Below are positions 16,708 through 26,615 of a DNA stretch of 64,000 bases, piece by piece (the stretch's first letter is position 1; the number at the start of each line of letters is the position of its first letter). Where the stretch lies: the IMG/VR virus record IMGVR_UViG_3300003322_000327, positions 38,121-102,120 of that record; one strand, given 5' to 3'. Source of the stretch: a virus. The position numbers and the translations under genes are program-made. The notes beneath the pieces were generated by a model. That model was not told where the DNA came from, did not search any database, and saw nothing but the letters and a program-made list of their open reading frames with translations.

Positions 16708-19700
16708 ATGCTCGAGAAGACCATCACCTATAAGGACGGGTCGAACAGTCACGACTGGAATCTGACCCTTCCGATCGATCCCAACTACGCGAACCAGAAG
16801 AAGCGACTGCTGGTCATCCTTCAAACGATCGACAGTCGCGACCTCAAGGCCGAAGGTGTGCTCGCCGACAAGCGAGTCAGGACTGCCTTCGTCGAAGCCA
16901 TCAAGCTCGGGCGCAAGTTCGCCCGCCAACGCAAGCCCGATCTCGGTGAGTTCGGGCTTGCTGTCGTTAACTACAACGCTCGGCGCCATCTCCACCTGAA
17001 AGAGCAGGCACGGATCGAAGCCGAAGCCGAGTTCAAGGCTCGAGTTCAGAAGATCATCAAGAAGCTGAACCCTACGCACATCCTGTTCTCCGGCGACCTG
17101 TCTGTCCTGTATCCGGTGAAGGACGCCCCGTTGAAGAACGGCTGGGTGCACGAGTTCGAAGGTCGCAAGGTCACGTCCACCGTCGACTTCGCCAAGCTGC
17201 TGGACAAGGAAGGCCTGTATGCCAACCTGCTCGGCTTCTGGTGTCGTCACCTGGCCAACCTGCTTGTAGGCTCGCTACCTTACAGCCTCGCAGGTCTGGA
17301 ACCGAAGCCGATGCTCGTCGACACCGTGGCCAAGTTTGACCACATGATGGCCGAGTGGGACAAGGTCGAAGCCAAGGGTGGGTTCACTGGTCTCGACACC
17401 GAGACGAAAAACCTCACGGTCAACAACAATCGCATCTTCACGATGCAGATGACGTTCGACCACGACCCACTGGTCGGCTACGTGCTGCCTATCGACCACC
17501 CGCACAAGGACAACCCGTTCACGGTCGACGAACGCAAGTACATCAAGCGTCAACTCAAGGCTCGGTTCGGTGCACCTGACCGCAAGTCCAAGGTCATCAC
17601 CTTCAACGGCATCTTCGACATCCGAGTCATCCGCAAGGCGCTGCACCTCGACATCATCTACATGGGCATCTGGGAGTGCATGGCCGGTGAGCACTTGCTG
17701 GACGAGAACGCATCGAGCTTGCGCTACGTTGGTGTCAGCTCCGACGACGGCCAGATCAGTGCCAACGGCTTGGCCGGTGTCCTCTGCTCCTACGGCAACG
17801 ACTTTTATCTCCGGGACATGTCCTTCGGTAAGAAGGATCGTGCCACGGTCGCGAACGTGAGTCCGAGAGACAAGGGCTTCCTCAAGTACGCGGCGATGGA
17901 CACAGTCTCGATGATAGGGATTCGCAAGTCGCAGATCGAGCGAGCTGATGCTCACTTCCCCGTCGCGGGTAAGGGCTACAAGTCTCCGTTCATCCGCCAC
18001 ATGATGCACCAGATGTCGGACACGGTGCATCAACTGTCCCACCTCAAGGAGGCAGGGTCGCTGGTGAACAAGAAGTACCTGCGATCGCTGATGCAGCCCG
18101 ACTCCGTCCTCGCCAAGGCGATCAAGGAACTGGGCGAAGAATTCAAGACCTTCCCTGAGGTCATCAAGGCCAACAAGGCACTGCTCGCCGACTCCGGCTT
18201 CAAGGCCGGAGGTCTCTTCGGATCGAAGAAGGGTGGCGGCGCCTGGACCTTCAGCTTCACCAAGGCGGCTCACAAGGCGAAGCTGTTTCTAGAAGTCATG
18301 GGCATGGAGGCAGTCAACAAGACGAAGCAGGGCGCGCCTTCGATTGACAAGGACTTCATCGAGACTTACAAGGACCGGAACTTCCTGGTTGCCAAGTTCG
18401 GCGAGTGGACAGCAGCGAACAAGATGCTGGGCACCAACGTCAAGGGCTGGCTCAAGATCCTGACCCGGACGTTCGACGGCACGTTCGACGATCACCTCCG
18501 GTCCGAGATCATCTTCTTCGACGTTGATACGGGTCGCCTCGCAAGCCGCAACCCGAACCTCCAGAACATCCCGAACCGCGGGAAGCTGGCGAAGATCATC
18601 AAGGAGATGTTCATCACGGTCGACGGCCACCTCATGGTCCGGTACGACTACTCAGCGCACGAAGTCCGTGGCTGGTCGATCGTTGCCCTCGACAAGATCC
18701 TGGCGTCGGCCTTCAAGGTCGGTCAGTCTCTGCGGCAGAAGTGGATCAAGGTCCACCCGCCGATGGTGCTCGTCAACTCCGAAGGTCAGCCGATCAAGCT
18801 GCCGATGGCGAAGGACATCCGCGCCACCTACGAGGCTGAACTCAAGACCTCGAAGGACAAGGAACGCATCTCGTTGCTCAAGCGCGTCATCGAGACCGAC
18901 GATCTGGCTGCGCGCTTGAAGAAGGAAGGCGACATTCACATCCAGAACGTGTTCCGGTTCTTCAACAAGTGGGTTGAGAAGTCTGATCCGTTGCGTGACG
19001 CCATCAAGGCCGTGGTCTTCGGTACCATCTACGGCAAGTCGGCGGCCACTCTAGGCAACGATACGAAGAAGGCGGAGTTCGACGCGATCAAGGAGAAGAT
19101 GAGCGTCGCCCACAAGGCCGGTGACCAGAAGACTCTGGACGAACTGATCGAGAAGTACAACGCACTACAGGAAGACGATCGCGAAGACTACGCACAGAAC
19201 ATCATCGACAAGATGTTCTCTCAGTTCAAGGCCGGCCACAAGTGGCTGCTGACCATGAGCGAGAAGGCAGAGCAAGAGCAGCACGTGTACAGCCCGATCT
19301 TCCGCGTCCGTCACCTGTGGGCGACGATCACGAAGGATCGAGCGATCATCAGCCGCCAGGTTCGCCGTGGCATGAACGCGCCGATCCAGGGTTTCGCGTC
19401 CGAGGTCGCGGTCAAGGCTAGTCGTCTGGTCATGCTCGACTACTACAAGAACCAGGACAAGCTCAAGACCAAGATCGGTCTCGACCCCAAGGCCAAGTTC
19501 CCGATCCGATTCAACCGCATGGTGCACGACGCATCGTACTTCACGGTGCCGTACTCGATGGTGTTGCCCTTCATGCACATCCTTCAGTACGATGCGACCT
19601 ACGGCGTGACCAAGGCCTACAAGGACGAGTTCGATCTCGAGTTCACGGTCGAGCCTGAGATCGAAATGGAAGTCGGCGTCCAGGATACGAAGAGCAACAA

Positions 19701-19968
19701 GTGGGGCTGGGCGATCCCGGAACTGCTGCAGCATCTCTCGACCTCTGTCGACGACGGCATCAAGGCCGGCTTCCTCACCGAGTCGAAGGCTGACATCATG
19801 GCGCAGCTCCTGGCGCCGTGGAAGTCGGAACAGAGCCTCAAGTTCCTGAACGAGAAGTTCCCGATGCTCGGCGTCGACCTGACCGAAGAGATCAAGATCG
19901 CGGTCAAGCACTTCGAGGCCCAACAACGCAAGGCTGCGAAAGCGGCGAAGGAAAAGGTGGCAGCGTGA
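16708..19968 (+). CDS. polA: family A DNA polymerase with 3'-5' exonuclease and an N-terminal UDG-like domain
   Basis: ExoI GLDTET, ExoII FNGIFD, ExoIII YAAMD; TGRLASRNPNLQNIP; motif A YDYSAHEVR; motif B RDAIKAVVFGTIYG; NAPIQG; motif C VHDA. Confidence 0.95.
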   Translation: MLEKTITYKDGSNSHDWNLTLPIDPNYANQKKRLLVILQTIDSRDLKAEGVLADKRVRTAFVEAIKLGRKFARQRKPDLGEFGLAVVNYNARRHLHLKEQARIEAEAEFKARVQKIIKKLNPTHILFSGDLSVLYPVKDAPLKNGWVHEFEGRKVTSTVDFAKLLDKEGLYANLLGFWCRHLANLLVGSLPYSLAGLEPKPMLVDTVAKFDHMMAEWDKVEAKGGFTGLDTETKNLTVNNNRIFTMQMTFDHDPLVGYVLPIDHPHKDNPFTVDERKYIKRQLKARFGAPDRKSKVITFNGIFDIRVIRKALHLDIIYMGIWECMAGEHLLDENASSLRYVGVSSDDGQISANGLAGVLCSYGNDFYLRDMSFGKKDRATVANVSPRDKGFLKYAAMDTVSMIGIRKSQIERADAHFPVAGKGYKSPFIRHMMHQMSDTVHQLSHLKEAGSLVNKKYLRSLMQPDSVLAKAIKELGEEFKTFPEVIKANKALLADSGFKAGGLFGSKKGGGAWTFSFTKAAHKAKLFLEVMGMEAVNKTKQGAPSIDKDFIETYKDRNFLVAKFGEWTAANKMLGTNVKGWLKILTRTFDGTFDDHLRSEIIFFDVDTGRLASRNPNLQNIPNRGKLAKIIKEMFITVDGHLMVRYDYSAHEVRGWSIVALDKILASAFKVGQSLRQKWIKVHPPMVLVNSEGQPIKLPMAKDIRATYEAELKTSKDKERISLLKRVIETDDLAARLKKEGDIHIQNVFRFFNKWVEKSDPLRDAIKAVVFGTIYGKSAATLGNDTKKAEFDAIKEKMSVAHKAGDQKTLDELIEKYNALQEDDREDYAQNIIDKMFSQFKAGHKWLLTMSEKAEQEQHVYSPIFRVRHLWATITKDRAIISRQVRRGMNAPIQGFASEVAVKASRLVMLDYYKNQDKLKTKIGLDPKAKFPIRFNRMVHDASYFTVPYSMVLPFMHILQYDATYGVTKAYKDEFDLEFTVEPEIEMEVGVQDTKSNKWGWAIPELLQHLSTSVDDGIKAGFLTESKADIMAQLLAPWKSEQSLKFLNEKFPMLGVDLTEEIKIAVKHFEAQQRKAAKAAKEKVAA

Positions 19969-20123
19969 AACTCCGTCGCATCAAGTGCAGGCTCGATGCC
20001 TGTAATCGCTTCACCCATCGGCGCGCCATTCGAAAGTGGCGTGTCAGTCGAGGAAAGGTTTTCAGTCAGTTCGGAATCGGAGTGGCCACGGAGATCGGTC
20101 GTACATTAGGGGCGACAGCATGA
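19965..20123 (+). CDS. small basic hypothetical protein
   Basis: GTGA overlap with the pol stop; its stop overlaps the next start. Confidence 0.4.
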   Translation: MKLRRIKCRLDACNRFTHRRAIRKWRVSRGKVFSQFGIGVATEIGRTLGATA

Positions 20124-20440
20124 AGTTCGAACACAACGCTCTCAGACTTGAGACCAGCAACGTCGACTCGACGCTGCCCATGATGTGGGCCGTCCATGAT
20201 CGACCGGCCATGGGTCTGAGCTTCAACCCTCCGACGAACCCATACGAGGTCATGTACCTGGGTGAGAATCCGAGTCACTGGCTACTTGTCGTCAGGCGCG
20301 AAGGTCAGCTCGGACCCAATGCCGTACTCGTCCACGCACCGAAGAGCGAGTACAAGCTGTACGGGTCGAGGGAACTGGCTCTGTCTCGGAAGATGGAGTA
20401 CCTGGGTTCGATCGCAGGCATCAAGGTCACGGCATCATGA
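20120..20440 (+). CDS. hypothetical phage protein
   Basis: ATG 20120 with AGGGG SD. Confidence 0.65.
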   Translation: MKFEHNALRLETSNVDSTLPMMWAVHDRPAMGLSFNPPTNPYEVMYLGENPSHWLLVVRREGQLGPNAVLVHAPKSEYKLYGSRELALSRKMEYLGSIAGIKVTAS

Positions 20441-21066
20441 ACATCAGCGGCTACATGGCTCTCGGTGGAGGGCCGGAGTTCGTGTTCACCGGCTTCGATC
20501 AGTACGAGGGCGAAGGGATCGGCCCTCAGCGCGGTCGATGGCGAATGAACGCCGACTTGAAGACGACGGTCCTGTCGATCCCGTCCAGGGACAAGCAGGT
20601 CCAACTCTTCTACTCGTCGAGCATCGAGTCGTTCGCTGGATCGATGGCCAGCATCGATTCGGAGCAAGGCAAGAACTACCGCGAGAAGCTCCGGTCTGTT
20701 CTCGAGTGTCTCGATTCCGGCTTCGTCGGTGCTGTAAATAATATCAGCCTGGCAGCGCATCGGTCGTTGGCGATCCTTACCAACCAATGTCCGGTGCACT
20801 TCTACGGGCTCTACGATGTGCAGCAGCGCGGAGCCTACCTTTTCTGGACGACCGAGCCCTTGGTCGTTCAACGAGTGATGGATCAGAACCCTCTCCGGTT
20901 CCTGCTCTATCGCTTTCCTGTCCTCTTCGAGGACGTCGTGTTCCTGCCCCAAGAGCGCATCTGTGCTCTCTGGTGGACGTGGATTAAGCGGTCCGAGTTT
21001 TCGGCCCTTCAACCTTTCAACGCGTTGGAGCGTCGACTCTTCGGTCAGCCGTTGCTAACGGAGTGA
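20437..21066 (+). CDS. hypothetical protein, possibly a degenerate class II glutamine amidotransferase (Ntn) fold
   Basis: IDSE...SLAILTNQCPV...YLFWTTE resembles the Ntn TDSE...L.R..PL...FASE pattern; no N-terminal Cys. Confidence 0.5.
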   Translation: MNISGYMALGGGPEFVFTGFDQYEGEGIGPQRGRWRMNADLKTTVLSIPSRDKQVQLFYSSSIESFAGSMASIDSEQGKNYREKLRSVLECLDSGFVGAVNNISLAAHRSLAILTNQCPVHFYGLYDVQQRGAYLFWTTEPLVVQRVMDQNPLRFLLYRFPVLFEDVVFLPQERICALWWTWIKRSEFSALQPFNALERRLFGQPLLTE

Positions 21067-21069
21067 TCT

Positions 21070-22047
21070 ATGGATCAACGCAAGCTCGATCATGTGATGC
21101 GCGAGCTGAGTCACTACTCAGGCAAGAAGAAGCCGGGCCCTGGCTCGACCTTCGTGACCTGTCCTTACCACTCGGAGAACACACCTAGTGGTCGCATCTT
21201 CCACTCTCCCGACACCCGTAGTCCTGGCTTCTTCCGATGCTACGGCTGCGGCAAGAAGGCGCAGTGGGATGAACTCGCACCCAAGCTCGGCCTCAAGCCC
21301 TACCAGTGGACACCGCCTGTCGATCAGTACGCCTACGCGCTGCGGCAGCGGGACGACGAGCAGAAGGCGCGCAAGCTCGTCTTCTATCCGTTGCCAGGTG
21401 GCAAGGTCTGGCGGCAGATCCGAACTGACTTCCTGCTCACCATCGGCGCTCGCATGTGCCGCGTCATCTACCCCGATGGTGTCAGGTCGCAGAAGATGCT
21501 CTACTTTCCAGTCATGGTCAAGGGAGAGCTCAGAGGCTACATCCGGGCCCGGACACGCAAGGTCGCGGACAAGCCATCGTACCTAAATGCGCCGGGTGAC
21601 TGGTCGCACGACTATGGTCTGTTCCTCTACGATCAAGCCGTGGCCTTGATGCACAAGCTGGGACTCAAGACCGTGGTGCTGTGTGAAGGCCCTCGTGATG
21701 CTCTCCGGCTTCAGACCTTGAACATCCCAGCGATCGCGATCCTGGGCACGCAGTCGTGGTCGAAGCGCAAGAGTCAGATGATCGAGCTGACTGGTGCGAC
21801 TCGTGTTGTCCTCGCCATGGACGGCGACGACGCGGGGCTGGCTGCGATCGAACTCATCAAGCCCTTGCTCCATCAAATGGTGCAGCAGGTGCGAGTGCTG
21901 AACCTGACCGGACGAGACAGCCCATACTGGCGCTTCCGATCCGAAGAAGAACCGTCAAAGGCCGCTAAGGCCGCGGGTGTTGACCTGTGGGACCCGGGTA
22001 ACATGCCGATCGAGAAAGTGGAAGAGCTGAGGTCCCTATGCAACTGA
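21070..22047 (+). CDS. DNA primase (Zn finger plus TOPRIM)
   Basis: CPYH..CYGC zinc finger; VLCEGPRDAL and LAMDGDDAG TOPRIM motifs. Confidence 0.9.
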   Translation: MDQRKLDHVMRELSHYSGKKKPGPGSTFVTCPYHSENTPSGRIFHSPDTRSPGFFRCYGCGKKAQWDELAPKLGLKPYQWTPPVDQYAYALRQRDDEQKARKLVFYPLPGGKVWRQIRTDFLLTIGARMCRVIYPDGVRSQKMLYFPVMVKGELRGYIRARTRKVADKPSYLNAPGDWSHDYGLFLYDQAVALMHKLGLKTVVLCEGPRDALRLQTLNIPAIAILGTQSWSKRKSQMIELTGATRVVLAMDGDDAGLAAIELIKPLLHQMVQQVRVLNLTGRDSPYWRFRSEEEPSKAAKAAGVDLWDPGNMPIEKVEELRSLCN

Positions 22048-22376
22048 TCAAGATTCCGTGCCCGACCTGCGGTCAGACCCTGAACACGAAGCACACACGT
22101 GGCCGTGCGCGCAAGCGGGAGTGTCCGGAAGGTCACGTGCACTACACGTTCGACAACACGCTGGTCGAGAAGCGGGTCTACCACATGGCTGAGTATCATG
22201 CGAAGGTCAAGCGTCAGACCCTGAACCTCGAAGACTTTCAGCTCAAGGCCATCGTTCCTCCCACTGAGGAAGAACTCGAAGCCGAGGCTGAGAAGACCGA
22301 GACACGACCGAAGACCAAGACCGGTCACTACATTACCGAGACACCAACTGGGACACGGTATGAGATGAGGTGGTGA
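22038..22376 (+). CDS. zinc-ribbon protein
   Basis: CPTC...CPEGH. Confidence 0.65.
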   Translation: MQLIKIPCPTCGQTLNTKHTRGRARKRECPEGHVHYTFDNTLVEKRVYHMAEYHAKVKRQTLNLEDFQLKAIVPPTEEELEAEAEKTETRPKTKTGHYITETPTGTRYEMRW

Positions 22377-22377
22377 G

Positions 22378-22779
22378 ATGAGTCTCGAAGTTGAACCTAT
22401 GGCTCCAGGGCAGAAGACGGCTCTGGTAGTCAGAACTGGAGTTGATCGTCGCACTCAGCTGGCGAAGCTCAGGACCTTCTATCTGCTTTGGATCAGTAGT
22501 TCACTGACGATCGAAGAGCTGACTCGAGTGCAGGAGACGATCGACAGTTTTATCGATGCCCAAGTCACTCCGAGTTGGACACTGATCCGCTTCGACCGCG
22601 AGACCTTCGTCTCTCAGGTCAGACGGGCCCTCGACCCGAAGCACAAGTACATCCTGCAACTGGACCCGAGCGCCAAGGTCCTGAGCTGTAACTTCAACCT
22701 CGAACCTGAGCAAGCGCAGATGATGCGCGAGTTCCTGCACGGCGCATTCGAGAAGCCGAAGCTCGACAACAACATTTGA
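22378..22779 (+). CDS. hypothetical phage protein
   Basis: 133-aa ORF. Confidence 0.65.
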   Translation: MSLEVEPMAPGQKTALVVRTGVDRRTQLAKLRTFYLLWISSSLTIEELTRVQETIDSFIDAQVTPSWTLIRFDRETFVSQVRRALDPKHKYILQLDPSAKVLSCNFNLEPEQAQMMREFLHGAFEKPKLDNNI

Positions 22780-22788
22780 AGGTCACCG

Positions 22789-24114
22789 ATGAGAGAACTA
22801 CCAGCCCCAGGCTACTACTGGGCACCAGCTGCAATGGAGCAACTCTACAACCAGTCGCTGGTGAAGAAACCCTTCGACGGTCCCTACGAGCCCCACATGT
22901 ACCGCAAGGAGTTCGAGGGCAAGGCCGCAGGCGTCCGCATCATGGAAGGCTTCGGATCGAAGATGGCGCACTCGGCGCGCATCAAGCTCAAGGATGCCTG
23001 GCATCCCGGTCGCGAACTCCTGAAGCGCACGCACTTTGGCCTCTACAACGCCCAGGACAAGGTGATGAAGCCTTCGCACCTGGAGCAGGCCGAGGCGCTG
23101 GGCAAGCTGTGCTATCGCATTCAAGACTCGGGTGGCTTCCAGCTCTTCTCTGGCGTCCAGGACTTCATCGACCCAGTCGAGCTGGCGAAGATCCACAACG
23201 TCTTCGCAGACTCCGGAGTTGGCCTCGACTTGCCGATGAGTCTGGTCGAGGACAAGCAACTCGTGATCGCTGGCGCACGCATGATGGCTGCGAACTCCGT
23301 GGTGCTGCAGCGTGAACGCACGACCAAGTGGGCGCTGATGAACGTGAGCCACGGGCTGACCCCTCAACTCCGCGCCACGTGGCAGAAGGTGGCCCTGGCC
23401 GATCCTCTCGACAGCCTGTGCATCGCCGGCCTTCGCGGATCGATCCTCGACACCGCAGTCGGTGCCAACCCGGTTGCGATCGCAGCGCACCTGCTGGTCG
23501 GCATGCTGTACCCTGCCAAGTACAAGCACTACCACCTGTTGGGACTCAGCTCCGTCATCGGCATGAGTCTCGCGGCCCTGATTGCCAACCTGCACCAGAA
23601 GGTCGTGACCTCCGACTCGACAACGTACCTGAACGGGCAGCAGTTCAAGAACTTCATCAACGGCACGATCCCACCGAAGGAAGGCAACTACGGACGGATC
23701 AAGTGCAGCTGTCCAATCTGCAACTTCATCGAGTTCGAGTACTGGATGGATGGCTTCCCGACGCTGATGCTGCTCCACAACGCCGAGCAGATCAACAAGG
23801 GTTGCGAGACGCTGAACGGCCTCGCCAAGGTCGTGATTGCTAAGAAGCTCAAGGGCTTCGAGGCTGCCCGCTTCTTCTTCAAGGCCGGGGTCGGAATCGA
23901 CAAGCGTATGATCCAGCCACTGGGTCGTGCCTTCGACATGATCCTGAACACGAAGAAGTACAGCGAGGCATGCGCCATCGACTACTCGGTGAAGAAGGTG
24001 CAGATGGGATCACTCTTCGGCACCAAGCCCGTCACCAAGGCAGACAACTCGAGGTTCGAGGGCATCATCAAGCGGTACGAGAAGTACCACAAGCAGAAGT
24101 TCCTCAAACCGTAA
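22789..24114 (+). CDS. dpdA: TGT-fold guanine transglycosylase (DpdA-like, predicted 7-deazaguanine insertion into DNA)
   Basis: DSGGFQ signature, LDLP, HLLG, SDSTT, CSCPIC...HN zinc site; adjacent to queC/queE/folE/queD. Confidence 0.8.
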   Translation: MRELPAPGYYWAPAAMEQLYNQSLVKKPFDGPYEPHMYRKEFEGKAAGVRIMEGFGSKMAHSARIKLKDAWHPGRELLKRTHFGLYNAQDKVMKPSHLEQAEALGKLCYRIQDSGGFQLFSGVQDFIDPVELAKIHNVFADSGVGLDLPMSLVEDKQLVIAGARMMAANSVVLQRERTTKWALMNVSHGLTPQLRATWQKVALADPLDSLCIAGLRGSILDTAVGANPVAIAAHLLVGMLYPAKYKHYHLLGLSSVIGMSLAALIANLHQKVVTSDSTTYLNGQQFKNFINGTIPPKEGNYGRIKCSCPICNFIEFEYWMDGFPTLMLLHNAEQINKGCETLNGLAKVVIAKKLKGFEAARFFFKAGVGIDKRMIQPLGRAFDMILNTKKYSEACAIDYSVKKVQMGSLFGTKPVTKADNSRFEGIIKRYEKYHKQKFLKP

Positions 24115-24145
24115 ATAGAAGCATCGCACCTAAGAAGGACCAATC

Positions 24146-25090
24146 ATGAATCCCAACGTCGTACCGTTCTACAGCCATCGCAGCCGCAGGTTCGAAGACC
24201 TGTTCGTCGAGACCCAAGAGCGTCTGCTTGACCTCGCCGGTCTCGATTCCAAGAAGGACATGGCGCTACTCGTCACCGGCTCGGGCACCCTGGCCAACGA
24301 GATCGTCATGAGCTCGATGTCGCGCCGTCCCCACATCGCGACCCACGGAGAGTTCAGCACGCGGCTGCAAGAGACCGCCGACTGCTACTGGGGTGGCGAG
24401 TCGGCGGATCGTGACTACAAGTTCGGCGTCCAGTTCGAGACCGCCGAGGCGACTCTGAACTACACCGACTCGTACTTCGCAGTCGACTGCGTGTCGGCCT
24501 TTCCGTTCTATCCGCTGCCGGAGAAGGCACGGATCATGACCACGGTCAGCTCGAAGCAGCTGGGCGCCGATACGGGCCTCAGCATCATCTTCATTCGCGA
24601 CTACCGCGAACTGCTGACCCAGGGCATCATCGACGGCTCCAAGCGCTCGTACCTGAGCCTGAATCGCTACATCCAGTACGCGCTCAAGAACCAGACGCCG
24701 AACACACCGGGCATCGGACTGATCGAGAGCTTGAACGAGCGCCTGAAGGTCTTCGACCCCGAAGCCGAGCGCGAGCGCATCACCGGCTACTGGCAGCGCA
24801 TCACCGATGCCATCAAGGCCAAGAAGCTGTTTGCGACCTTCACCGGCGTCAAGCCGACTCCGGTCATCACCTTCAAGGGCATCGGCGAGCAGCTCTCCGA
24901 CCTCGGCCTGTACTCGAACTCGGGCAACCCGCAGCTCTTCCTCTGGTCGGCGACCGACGATCAAGTCGATCTCGTGGTCCAGCGCATCATGGACTACGAG
25001 ATGCCAGAAGTCAAGTCGGTGCTGGGCACCGTGGGCACCGCTGTTCCCTTCGCAGCAGGGGTCGGCCTCTCCATCGGAGAATCGAAGTGA
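24146..25090 (+). CDS. PLP-dependent class V aminotransferase-like enzyme (PhnW/serine-pyruvate transaminase fold)
   Basis: VTGSGTLANE, HGEFS, VDCVSAF, SSKQLG (PLP lysine), TPNTP. Confidence 0.8.
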   Translation: MNPNVVPFYSHRSRRFEDLFVETQERLLDLAGLDSKKDMALLVTGSGTLANEIVMSSMSRRPHIATHGEFSTRLQETADCYWGGESADRDYKFGVQFETAEATLNYTDSYFAVDCVSAFPFYPLPEKARIMTTVSSKQLGADTGLSIIFIRDYRELLTQGIIDGSKRSYLSLNRYIQYALKNQTPNTPGIGLIESLNERLKVFDPEAERERITGYWQRITDAIKAKKLFATFTGVKPTPVITFKGIGEQLSDLGLYSNSGNPQLFLWSATDDQVDLVVQRIMDYEMPEVKSVLGTVGTAVPFAAGVGLSIGESK

Positions 25091-25752
25091 GCATCCTCGC
25101 ACATCTCAGCGGCGGCTTCGACTCCGCTGCCTCGACCCTCAAGGTCGCGAACACGGGCGTCACGTTCAGGACCCTGCTCATCAATCTGGGTCAGCCATAT
25201 CTGCTGCAAGAGCGCAAGGCGGCTGAAACCTTCGCCGGCTGGCTGTCGGAGAAGTATCCGAACTACCTCGGTCATCATGAACTGAAGGTCGACATGGCGC
25301 TCTCACAACAGGGCCAGGTCAGCGCCTATATTCCGGTGCGCAACCTCGTGATCGGTGCCATGAGCGCCAACTTCGCACTCGCCACCGGATGCGACACCAT
25401 CGCGGTCGGCAACAAGACGCTCGAACTCAGGCCCGAGGACCCGTACTGCTTCAACGACTGCAGCCTCGAGTTCTACACGGAGCTGGGCAAGCTCGCGACT
25501 TTCGCGTCGCAAGGGCAGAGCGTCCAGTTCATCATGCCACTGCTCGATCTCGTTCACGACAAGTGGGTCGAGGGTGTCGAGATCAAGAAGCGAGTGCCGA
25601 TGTCGAAGCGCGAGGTCGTGCTCTATGTCCAGGAGCAAGGGTACGACGTGCGCCGGCTGTGGAGCTGCTACGAATCGTCGATCCGTCCGTGCGGCAAGTG
25701 CCATCACTGCGCCGAACTCATCAACGCTGGCGTCTGGGACCTCGTATCATGA
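25087..25752 (+). CDS. queC: 7-cyano-7-deazaguanine synthase
   Basis: SGGFDS PP-loop, IPVRN, NDCSLEF, SCY...CGKCHHC. Confidence 0.9.
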   Translation: MSILAHLSGGFDSAASTLKVANTGVTFRTLLINLGQPYLLQERKAAETFAGWLSEKYPNYLGHHELKVDMALSQQGQVSAYIPVRNLVIGAMSANFALATGCDTIAVGNKTLELRPEDPYCFNDCSLEFYTELGKLATFASQGQSVQFIMPLLDLVHDKWVEGVEIKKRVPMSKREVVLYVQEQGYDVRRLWSCYESSIRPCGKCHHCAELINAGVWDLVS

Positions 25753-26606
25753 CCATCATCCCCATCAAGCCGGATCGTGTGATCCAGAACGTCGATCGCG
25801 TCGTCACTGCGCGCGAGTTCGAAGGTCAGGACGACCTGTTCGTCACCGGCCATCCATTCCTCACGATCCAAGGTGAAGGCCCCCGTGCGGGTCAGGTCGC
25901 CTGGTTCGTTCGTCTCGCGGGCTGCAACTTCGGCGACAAGACCACATCGGACAAGAGCCCCGGCATGTGCGCCTTCTGCGACACGAGCTTCCAACTCGAC
26001 CAGGCCAACCAGATCAGTCCCGAGCGACTGCTCGACAACATCATCAAGGACCCGAGGTGGAAGCCGAACCATCTCCTGGTCGTCACTGGTGGTGAGCCGA
26101 CGCTGCAAGCACGAGCCCTGGCTCGCTTCCTAACCCTGGCGGCTGTGCCTTTCGACGACGTGCAGATCGAGACCAACGGCTCGCAGGCCGCGTTCTTCAA
26201 GCTCATCGATCATCCCGACACCAGGGACATGGTCGACAAGCTGATCGTGGTCGTGAGTCCGAAGGCAACGGAGATCACGGGCAAGTACACCCAGACTTCC
26301 AGGTCTGTGCTCTACGGCCCGCAGTCACTGACGGCACTCAAGTTCCTGCTCAGCGCCGACGATCCGTGCTACAAGGAAGTGCCGCTCTGGGGTCGTGAGC
26401 ACATGTCGAACGACAACGGTCCGGTCTACGTGTCTCCGATCGCGGTCTACAAGAAGCCGTACCAGGGCGAGATCAGCAGCGCCTGGGATCACGAACTGAT
26501 CGACGCCGAGGCCACGAGTCGCAACTACAGCTACGCAGCTGCCTACGCAATCGAGCACGGTCTCAACCTCTCGATCCAGCAGCATCTCTTCTGCACCATC
26601 CCATGA
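25749..26606 (+). CDS. queE: 7-carboxy-7-deazaguanine synthase (radical SAM)
   Basis: FLTIQGEG, FVRLAGC, CX14CX2C cluster motif, TGGEP, IETNG, VSPK; ATG at 25749. Confidence 0.9.
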   Translation: MTIIPIKPDRVIQNVDRVVTAREFEGQDDLFVTGHPFLTIQGEGPRAGQVAWFVRLAGCNFGDKTTSDKSPGMCAFCDTSFQLDQANQISPERLLDNIIKDPRWKPNHLLVVTGGEPTLQARALARFLTLAAVPFDDVQIETNGSQAAFFKLIDHPDTRDMVDKLIVVVSPKATEITGKYTQTSRSVLYGPQSLTALKFLLSADDPCYKEVPLWGREHMSNDNGPVYVSPIAVYKKPYQGEISSAWDHELIDAEATSRNYSYAAAYAIEHGLNLSIQQHLFCTIP

Positions 26607-26615
26607 AGGATCACG

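Noticed and set aside
18700-19200. Insertions in the DNA polymerase and the long SNF2 protein as possible inteins or introns
   Set aside because: No C/S...HN splice junctions or LAGLIDADG/HNH motifs; the reading frames are continuous.
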